A stretch of DNA of 30,315 nucleotides, taken from contig JAZBOI010000346.1 in assembly GCA_036351095.1 (NCBI GenBank), positions 1 to 30,315 on the forward strand. The letters run 5' to 3'. This document shows, in pieces, positions 19,662 through 26,759 of the stretch; the stretch's first letter is position 1; each line of letters begins with the position of its first letter. Source of the DNA: Bacteroidales bacterium. Lineage in GTDB: Bacteria; Bacteroidota; Bacteroidia; Bacteroidales; VadinHA17. The notes under the pieces are model-generated. The model was given only the letters and a program-made list of their open reading frames with translations. It searched no databases and had not been told where the DNA came from. Made by a program: the position numbers and the translations under genes.

Positions 19662-19691
19662 CATCAGTAACAAATAGCGGGGAGACAGGCA

Positions 19692-20582
19692 ATGGATGAA
19701 AGCAAGGTATCGGCTGATACGAGGATAGATATAAAAAAGATATTCCGGGACAAGAATCCAGGACTTGCCAGGCTAATACCTGGTTTCATTATCAACTATC
19801 TTAAGAGGGTAATTCACCAGGAAGAGCTTAACGATTTTCTTTCAAAGTATGGTGATTTAAAAAATATTGACCTTGTAAAGGCAGGGCTTCAATACCTTGG
19901 GATAAGTTACAAGGTTCACAACAGACACAACATACCCGGACCGGGCCGTTATGTTTTTGTTTCCAATCATCCTCTTGGAGGTCTGGACGGAAATGTTTTC
20001 ATGACAGAGGTATCAAGGCACTTTGATGATATCAAATTTCCCGTCAATGACATACTGATGAATATCAGCAACATGTCGGGTGTGTTTTTGCCCGTTAACA
20101 AGCATGGAAGCCAGGCCCGGGAATCGGCTATAAAGATTGAGGAAGCCTATGCCTCAGATGCCCAGATTTTATATTTTCCTGCCGGCTTATGTTCAAGGAA
20201 GAAGCATGGAAAGATTGAGGATCTTGACTGGCAGAAAAATTTCCTGGTAAAGGCCGTCAGGCACAGGAGAGATATTGTTCCGGTTTATTTTTCCGGGAGG
20301 AATTCCAGCTGGTTCTATAACCTGTCCAATTTCAGAAAAGCACTGGGTATAAATGCCAACATAGAAATGCTCTACTTACCCGATGAAATGTTTAAACAGA
20401 AAGACAGGGACCTCCACATTGTATTCGGAGAAAGTATTCCATGGCAAAAATTTGACAGGAGCAGAACCATGGTTGAATGGACACAGTGGCTGAAAGAAAG
20501 GACATATGAACTTGCTGAAGCAATTGAATCTGCACCTGGTGAGGCGGTTAACTTTAGCCCGGCTGAACAGAAAGTGGATTAA
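19692..20582 (+). CDS. PlsC-family O-acyltransferase (GlsA/ChoB-like, glycine-lipid synthesis candidate)
   Basis: Catalytic NHPLGGLD (HxxxxD) and FPAG motifs; paired with a GNAT N-acyltransferase and divergent from mraZ, as recalled for Bacteroides. Confidence 0.75.
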   Translation: MDESKVSADTRIDIKKIFRDKNPGLARLIPGFIINYLKRVIHQEELNDFLSKYGDLKNIDLVKAGLQYLGISYKVHNRHNIPGPGRYVFVSNHPLGGLDGNVFMTEVSRHFDDIKFPVNDILMNISNMSGVFLPVNKHGSQARESAIKIEEAYASDAQILYFPAGLCSRKKHGKIEDLDWQKNFLVKAVRHRRDIVPVYFSGRNSSWFYNLSNFRKALGINANIEMLYLPDEMFKQKDRDLHIVFGESIPWQKFDRSRTMVEWTQWLKERTYELAEAIESAPGEAVNFSPAEQKVD

Positions 20583-20662
20583 TTGTTTATTTTATTATTT
20601 TTGAAATAACACTTTCGTCCGTTTTATTTAAATGGTCCAAATATTTTTAAAGGTCAAATAAG

Positions 20663-21613
20663 ATGATAATGAAAAAGATCGTAGACCCGGTATCGCTTCA
20701 GGAGATTGAAAAGGAGCTGACCGAAAACAAGCTGTTGCGGAAGACAAATAATGCAAACAACGAGGTATACGTTTTTACCAGTCATGATTCGCCGAAGCTA
20801 ATGCATGAAGTGGGCCGGCTGAGGGAAATAACATTCAGGAGTGCCGGGGGAGGAACGGGTAAAGCCATTGACCTGGATGAATACGATTTTTCCGCTGAAT
20901 CTCCGCATCAGCAGTTGATAGTATGGGATCCTGAAAACAGGGATATTATCGGGGGCTACAGGTTCTTCATTCATGACAACACGAAGAAGAAAGCTGACCC
21001 TTCTGATATGGCATCTTACGATTACTTTAATTTTTCGGATACCTTCACAAAAAAATACCTGCCTCACCTTATGGAACTGGGAAGGTCGTTCGTGCAACCT
21101 GATTACCAGTCAAGGGCAAAGGGAAGGAAAAGTCTTTTTGCACTGGACAACCTGTGGGATGGACTGGGGGCAATAGTTATTGAGAATCCTTCGGTGAAGT
21201 ACCTCTTCGGGAAGGTTACCATGTACCCTCAATTTCATAAGCATGCCAGGAGCATGATTATATATTTTATGAAGAAGCACTTTACTGACCCTGACGGACT
21301 GGTGGTTCCAAAGAAAGATATTTCCCTCGACATTGATGAGGGCCTGATGAAAAGAATTTTTACCGCTGACAATTATAAGGATGACTACAAAATACTGTCA
21401 CAGGAGGTAAGAAAAATAGGAGAAACCATTCCTCCCCTCATCAATGCCTACATGAATCTGTCGCCCACCATGCGTACATTTGGTACTATTCATAATGAGA
21501 GTTTCGGCAATGTAAATGAAACCGGTATTATGATTACCATACGGGACATGTATATTGAAAAGATAAACAGGCATCTTGCCTCTTACAGGGAAGATTACGA
21601 ACTGGGTGATTAA
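20663..21613 (+). CDS. OlsB-like GNAT N-acyltransferase (GlsB/ChoA-like, N-acylglycine synthase candidate)
   Basis: EVGRLREITFR, DLDEYD, GGYR, ELGRSFV, LDNLWDGL and IPPLINAYMNL, typical of the Bacteroidetes hemolysin/GNAT family. Confidence 0.75.
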   Translation: MIMKKIVDPVSLQEIEKELTENKLLRKTNNANNEVYVFTSHDSPKLMHEVGRLREITFRSAGGGTGKAIDLDEYDFSAESPHQQLIVWDPENRDIIGGYRFFIHDNTKKKADPSDMASYDYFNFSDTFTKKYLPHLMELGRSFVQPDYQSRAKGRKSLFALDNLWDGLGAIVIENPSVKYLFGKVTMYPQFHKHARSMIIYFMKKHFTDPDGLVVPKKDISLDIDEGLMKRIFTADNYKDDYKILSQEVRKIGETIPPLINAYMNLSPTMRTFGTIHNESFGNVNETGIMITIRDMYIEKINRHLASYREDYELGD

Positions 21614-23508
21614 TACGCTCTTGAACTCTTCTTTTCGATATAATTAATATAGGACTGATTTACCACCCTGTTACCACCGGGAGTGGGATAGTCCCCCGTA
21701 AAATACCAGTCACCCAGATGACCGGGACATGCTTCATGAAGCCCTTCAATAGACTGGTATATTATGACAAGATCGGCCTTAATGACAGGAAGCTTCAGCA
21801 TCTTTGCTATCTGAGATGATATTTCATCAGCTGAGAAAGGCTTATAAATTTCCTTGACCACATTTCTTATTTCATCAAGTTCCTTCCTGTTTTCACTTAT
21901 CGCCTCCTGGTATGTCTTCTCAATCTTATCTTCCATGCCCCTGTCTTTCAACAGTTCAACTGCAGCCCTGAAAGCGATAAAGTCGCCCAGCCTGGCCATA
22001 TCGATGCCGTAGCAGTCGGGGTAACGTATCTGAGGGGATGAAGATACTATGACTATCTTTTTAGGATCAAGCCTGTCAAGTATCTGTACAATGCTTTTTT
22101 TCAATGTGGTACCCCTGACGATAGAATCGTCTATAACCACCATGCTGTCTATTCCCCTTCGTACAACCCCGTACGTAACATCATACACATGCCCAACAAG
22201 GTCGTCGCGTGACTTGTCTTCTGTAATAAAAGTCCTGAGTTTTGCATCTTTCACAGCCAGTTTTTCAACCCTTGGCCTTGAAGAAAGGACCTTCCCCAGT
22301 TGTTCATCCGAGAGTTTATTTCCTTTTTCCCTTATTAGTTTAATCTTGTGTTTGCTGAGGTAATCCTCCAGTCCTTTTATTAATCCATAGAAAGCGCTTT
22401 CCGCAGTGTTGGGTATATAAGAGAATACTGTATTTTCAAGATCATGATCAATAGCATCAAGGACCCTGTCGGTAAGCTGTTCACCCAGTTTTTTTCTTTC
22501 CCTGTATATTGATTTATCTGTTCCCCTGGAAAAATATATCCTCTCGAAGGAACATTTCTTTTCTGCACCCGGTTCACGTATCATTTCCACCGCGGTCAGG
22601 CCTTCTGCTTTTGAGATAATTGCATATCCCGGATCCAGTTCCTTCACCTGCTCAGTTCTAAGGTTAAAAACTGTCTGTATGACCGGTCGCTCGGAAGCCA
22701 CCACCACGAGTTCATCATCGGTATAATAGAAAACAGGTCTGATACCCCAGGGATCTCTCACCACAAAGGCATCTCCGTGTCCCAGCATTCCCGCCATTGC
22801 ATAACCACCGTCCCATTTCTTGCTTGCACTACGCAGTACACCGGCCACATCCAGGTTACTCTCTATCAGGGGTGATATTTCCCTTTTAGCAAGGCCTTCT
22901 TTCCTGTATTTCCTGAACAGTCTCTCCACTTCATCATCCAGGAAATGCCCCACGTTTTCAAGTATGGTTACAGTATCCGAAAAATCTGTTGGATGCTGGC
23001 CGATATCAACCAGAGAGCCGAATATTTCATTGACATTGGTAAGGTTAAAATTCCCGGCCAGCAGGAGGTTCCTTGAACGCCAGTTATTTGATCTTATTAC
23101 AGGATGAACGTTCTCAATACTGTTCAGCCCGTATGTTCCGTAACGCACATGACCTATATATATATCCGATGCATAGGGAAGATTTTTCCTTAGAAGACTA
23201 TAATCAAGCTCATCAGGATATTCAAATCCAAGTTTCTTTACATCATCGTAGATCGCATCAAATATTTCTATTATTGGGTTTACCCCGTTGGATCTGTGCC
23301 TGAAAAAATATTTTTCGCCCGGCTTAACCCCCTTTTTCTGTCCGGCTATGCCTGCACCGTCCTGTCCCCTGTTGTGCTGCTTCTCCAGGAGAAGGTACAT
23401 TTTTTGAAGCCCGTAATCCCACCTCCCGTATTTATCAATATAGTATTCAAGTGGCTTTAGCAATTTCACCATTGCTATCCCACATTCATGTTTGATATCG
23501 TCACTCAT
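21610..23508 (-). CDS. purF: Amidophosphoribosyltransferase (long Bacteroidetes type)
   Basis: MSDDIKHE-CG Ntn start, QHNRGQDGAG, HVRYGT, AGNFNLTN, CSFERIYFSRG, PRPP loop DDSIVRGTT, YPDCYGID. Confidence 0.9.
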   Translation of the reverse strand: MSDDIKHECGIAMVKLLKPLEYYIDKYGRWDYGLQKMYLLLEKQHNRGQDGAGIAGQKKGVKPGEKYFFRHRSNGVNPIIEIFDAIYDDVKKLGFEYPDELDYSLLRKNLPYASDIYIGHVRYGTYGLNSIENVHPVIRSNNWRSRNLLLAGNFNLTNVNEIFGSLVDIGQHPTDFSDTVTILENVGHFLDDEVERLFRKYRKEGLAKREISPLIESNLDVAGVLRSASKKWDGGYAMAGMLGHGDAFVVRDPWGIRPVFYYTDDELVVVASERPVIQTVFNLRTEQVKELDPGYAIISKAEGLTAVEMIREPGAEKKCSFERIYFSRGTDKSIYRERKKLGEQLTDRVLDAIDHDLENTVFSYIPNTAESAFYGLIKGLEDYLSKHKIKLIREKGNKLSDEQLGKVLSSRPRVEKLAVKDAKLRTFITEDKSRDDLVGHVYDVTYGVVRRGIDSMVVIDDSIVRGTTLKKSIVQILDRLDPKKIVIVSSSPQIRYPDCYGIDMARLGDFIAFRAAVELLKDRGMEDKIEKTYQEAISENRKELDEIRNVVKEIYKPFSADEISSQIAKMLKLPVIKADLVIIYQSIEGLHEACPGHLGDWYFTGDYPTPGGNRVVNQSYINYIEKKSSRAY

Positions 23509-23511
23509 AAG

Positions 23512-23967
23512 CTACCTTTCAGGATCGGGATAAGAAATTATCTCATTAACTATATAGGCATTTGGAAATTCCTGCTTTACTCTTTGGAAATCAGGATAGG
23601 CATCATGCCTTGAACGATAGTCACCTACCCTCACCTTGAAATAATTGGGTGGATCAAATATGAGGTAGGAATCAATGTCAGGAAATTCAGAAATGAAGCT
23701 TGCCTTTGCTTCATTAGCCTGCTCCCTGGCATTACGTCCTGATCCCCTGAATATCTGTATACGGTAGCCGTTTATACCATCGATCTTCTCATTTGCCATT
23801 ATGTGGCGGCTTAGCAGTGAATCAACACGTATATCCTGCTTTATTTCCACCCGCCCGGCACCATAGTTGCTGTTAGCATTAACAAGCTCTTCAGCTTTCA
23901 CAAGTGTCTGGGCGTCTATAGTGCCACAGAAGGTAAATAGTGCTATAAGCAGGATATAGTTTTTCAT
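23512..23967 (-). CDS. SPOR-domain secreted protein
   Basis: Signal peptide; GYRIQIF, PNYFKVRVGDY and FPNAYIV match the SPOR fold. Confidence 0.85.
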   Translation of the reverse strand: MKNYILLIALFTFCGTIDAQTLVKAEELVNANSNYGAGRVEIKQDIRVDSLLSRHIMANEKIDGINGYRIQIFRGSGRNAREQANEAKASFISEFPDIDSYLIFDPPNYFKVRVGDYRSRHDAYPDFQRVKQEFPNAYIVNEIISYPDPER

Positions 23968-23991
23968 CTTTTTAAAATTTTTAGTCTGCTG

Positions 23992-24017
23992 AAAATGAAG
24001 AAACTAATCTTTCTTCA
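23992..24017 (-). terminator. Probable weak intrinsic terminator after yebC
   Basis: TGAAGAAA-6 nt-TTTCTTCA perfect 8-bp AT-rich stem followed by TTTT on the minus strand. Confidence 0.5.
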
Positions 24018-24029
24018 CAATAACAGTTC

Positions 24030-24782
24030 TTATTGCTTTTGAAGTTCTGCTTCCAGTTCTTCGGTCATTTCGAGATTGTGAAATACATTCTGCACATCAT
24101 CATTCTCCTCAAGGGCATCCACCAGCCTCAGTACTTTACCGGCACTGTCAATATCAAGTACCTTTGTATCGTTGGGGATTCTCTGCAAATCGGCACTTAC
24201 CGGCTCCACTCCTATCTCCTCAAGCTTTTTATTCAGGTTCCCAAAATCTTCCATGGCGCAGGTTACGCTTATCATGTCATCTTCTGTTTCTATCTCTTCG
24301 GCACCGGCATCAATTAGTTCCAGTTCGAACTCATCCATATCAATCTCATCATTCTTGCTTATTGTAAATATACCTTTCCTGTCGAACAAAAAACTGAGCG
24401 AACCGTTTGTTCCAAGATTGCCTCCGTATTTATTAAATATTGACCTTACGCTGGCCACGGTACGGTTATTATTATCTGAAAGGCACTCAACAAAAACCGC
24501 TATACCATTTGGGGCATATCCTTCAAAGCTTATTTCTTCATACCTGGTTGCGTCATCACCGGAAGCCTTCTTTATTGCCCTTTCAATATTATCCTTGGGC
24601 ATATTCGCCCCTTTTGCATTCTGTACTGCCAGCCTGAGCCTGGGATTGGTTTCGGGGTCGGCTCCCCCTTCCCTAGCAGCAACAGTAATTTCTTTAATTA
24701 AACGGGTAAATATTTTGCCTCTCTTAGCATCGATGGCACCCTTCTTCCTCTTTATGGTCGACCATTTGCTATGTCCTGACAT
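24030..24782 (-). CDS. yebC: YebC/PmpR family protein
   Basis: MSGHSKWSTIKRKKG, NPRLRLA, MPKDNIERAI, EGYAPNG, DNNNRT, DDVQNVFHN. Confidence 0.97.
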   Translation of the reverse strand: MSGHSKWSTIKRKKGAIDAKRGKIFTRLIKEITVAAREGGADPETNPRLRLAVQNAKGANMPKDNIERAIKKASGDDATRYEEISFEGYAPNGIAVFVECLSDNNNRTVASVRSIFNKYGGNLGTNGSLSFLFDRKGIFTISKNDEIDMDEFELELIDAGAEEIETEDDMISVTCAMEDFGNLNKKLEEIGVEPVSADLQRIPNDTKVLDIDSAGKVLRLVDALEENDDVQNVFHNLEMTEELEAELQKQ

Positions 24783-24807
24783 AATTTCTCTTTTATTATT
24801 TCAAGTG

Positions 24808-24815
24808 CAAAAATA
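24808..24815 (-). promoter_or_regulatory. Candidate -7 element (TATTTTTG-CA) for yebC
   Basis: Exact TAnnTTTG followed by CA, 25 nt upstream of the yebC ATG; TTG 18 nt upstream, inside the terminator hairpin. Confidence 0.6.
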
Positions 24816-24817
24816 CG

Positions 24818-24844
24818 AAAAACACCGGTTTCTCAACCGGTGTT
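24818..24844 (-). terminator. Intrinsic terminator after the DUF975-like gene
   Basis: Perfect 10-bp stem AACACCGGTT-4 nt-AACCGGTGTT running into a T tract on the minus strand. Confidence 0.75.
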
Positions 24845-24943
24845 ATGAAAACAAAAATAGCAGGTTGTAAAATTATATTTCAGATAAGGTCTTATTTTGT
24901 TAATAATAAAGCACGGTCCAGGGGCCCGCTCCTGCTGTCCTCT

Positions 24944-25639
24944 TTACTGCTTGCTGTCACCGTTTGGCACAACATATTCGCCCTTCTCCACAAGGACGGC
25001 ATGGTACAGTGATGCAAAGGTGGCGCTGATCCAGATGCCCGAGATAAACACTCCGAACACAAGGGCTATAAGTCCTGCAATAATAATGAAGAAGGCCAGT
25101 ATTCCCATCCAGAATATCCTCCATCCATGTCCTTTGGTAAGCCTCCAGCTTTCCTCAACAGCCTTTACGGGGTCAAGCTTCTTGTCCATTACAAGGAAAG
25201 GAACAAAGACAAGCCTGCAGGCAAAGACAATGCCCGGGATGATAAGGAAGAAAAAACCAAATGCAATTATCGCCCCGCTAAGCAGGGACGCCAGTACTAC
25301 ATTAAGGTAATTTTTAAACGAGTCAAACATATTTACTACTTCGAACTCATCATTCCGGGCTGCTTTAAGGTAAACCAGTTTTGCACCATAATCCAGCGGT
25401 GATAGGATAAAAATTGAATATGCCAGTCCAAATACCTGGGCCATCATAACCGCCACGGCTACAAAACCCCAGTTGTCGGGATGGATGTCAGAAACATTAA
25501 TAAATATTCCAAGTGGCACACTGGCCATAATTATTATTATGGTTACAAGGAACAGTGAGATAAAGTTTTTCGACATTACTCTCCAGCCGTATCTGTATGC
25601 TGATCCTGCCCTCGGTACTAATTCTGCAACTTTTTCCAT
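24944..25639 (-). CDS. Integral membrane protein, DUF975-like
   Basis: About 4-5 TM; YRYGWRVMSKNF, FVPFLVMDKKLDPVKAVEESWRLTKGHGWRIF resemble the DUF975/GDPD-membrane-domain family; family call is from memory. Confidence 0.6.
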   Translation of the reverse strand: MEKVAELVPRAGSAYRYGWRVMSKNFISLFLVTIIIIMASVPLGIFINVSDIHPDNWGFVAVAVMMAQVFGLAYSIFILSPLDYGAKLVYLKAARNDEFEVVNMFDSFKNYLNVVLASLLSGAIIAFGFFFLIIPGIVFACRLVFVPFLVMDKKLDPVKAVEESWRLTKGHGWRIFWMGILAFFIIIAGLIALVFGVFISGIWISATFASLYHAVLVEKGEYVVPNGDSKQ

Positions 25640-25665
25640 GATTTAATATTTTTTGGTTACAGCAT

Positions 25666-25696
25666 CAAATATATATTGTTAGTAAGGGCAGGTCAA
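25666..25696 (-). promoter_or_regulatory. Candidate promoter for the DUF975-like gene (TTG-N20-TATATTTG)
   Basis: TATATTTG at 25673..25666 and TTG at 25696..25694 on the minus strand. Confidence 0.55.
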
Positions 25697-25728
25697 TCCG
25701 CCGAAAGTAGGATTTAACCTTTCCCAAC

Positions 25729-25761
25729 TTTGGTATGGTAAGCTTTTACAAAATAGTTTTG
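25729..25761 (+). promoter_or_regulatory. Consensus Bacteroidetes promoter for the LuxR gene (TTTG-N21-TAGTTTTG)
   Basis: TTTG at 25729-25732 and TAGTTTTG at 25754-25761, with canonical spacing. Confidence 0.65.
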
Positions 25762-25805
25762 CCCCGAAGGAAGTATTTTATTTCTTTTGTATTAAATATC
25801 ATCAA

Positions 25806-26759
25806 ATGGTCAGGTTACTAATTCTTGTTATCATAATTGTTTCTTTATCAGGCGGATTGTACAGCATTATACTCCTGTCACGCCTCAGGAAGATATACAG
25901 GCTGGATTACCTGAGCAGTTTTTTTTATTACAAAATTCTGCATTTTGCCTTTGGTGTTTACGGAATCCTTGGAGGACTGGCTATAAAAGAAATCCTACTT
26001 AAGTATGACTTCAGGATAGCAGAGGTAGAATCTATTGCGGCAGTTATTCCATTTTTCGGGGTACCTTTTATTATAGCCGCATGGTATATTCTGATTAAAA
26101 CATCAAACGAGCTAATATCAAGAAAGGTCAACCAGCCGGTAGCAATTATTTATTTTACCCTTGCCACAGTATCCTTCCTGGTGTACGGACTTATCCTGAG
26201 GAAATTGCCGGAAAGACCGGATTTAAGCAGTACACAACTTGGGCAGTTGATAAGAATAATATTTTATTCCATTGATCTCCTGGTCAAGATATATGTTTTC
26301 TTTCTACTGCTGACATCAGCCTTACGTATGGGAAACAGGGAAAAAAGAATTATGCTGGTAAGGTTCGGTTCAATACTTGCCGGACTGGCCCTGCTTAATG
26401 CCATGGCGCTTCATTTCGCGTACTGGAGTATTTACATTGGCCTGTACTTCCTGCTCTTTTATTTCGGCTCAGACCTGGCACTGATTATTTTGCTGAAATC
26501 ATACCTTAAAAAGAATGCCGGTGAATTCACAGAGCTCACCGACACACTCGAAAACCTTTACCAGAAATACGGCATATCAAAGAGGGAAAAGCAGATTATT
26601 AATGAAATTTGCCAGGGTAAAACAAACCAGGAAATAGCAGATGAACTCTATATATCATTGCAGACAGTCAAAGACCATACCTATAATATCTTCAGAAAGG
26701 TTAATGTCCGCAACAGGGTACAACTGACACAGGTTTTTTCCAGTCTGATTTTAAAATGA
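25806..26759 (+). CDS. Membrane-anchored one-component regulator: about 7 TM + C-terminal LuxR/GerE HTH
   Basis: Seven hydrophobic segments followed by ISKREKQIINEICQGKTNQEIADELYISLQTVKDHTYNIFRKVNVRNRVQL; no receiver domain. Confidence 0.85.
   Translation: MVRLLILVIIIVSLSGGLYSIILLSRLRKIYRLDYLSSFFYYKILHFAFGVYGILGGLAIKEILLKYDFRIAEVESIAAVIPFFGVPFIIAAWYILIKTSNELISRKVNQPVAIIYFTLATVSFLVYGLILRKLPERPDLSSTQLGQLIRIIFYSIDLLVKIYVFFLLLTSALRMGNREKRIMLVRFGSILAGLALLNAMALHFAYWSIYIGLYFLLFYFGSDLALIILLKSYLKKNAGEFTELTDTLENLYQKYGISKREKQIINEICQGKTNQEIADELYISLQTVKDHTYNIFRKVNVRNRVQLTQVFSSLILK

Noticed and set aside
24172-24870. 232-aa plus-strand ORF
   Set aside because: Antisense shadow of yebC; Ser/Ile-rich with no recognisable motifs.
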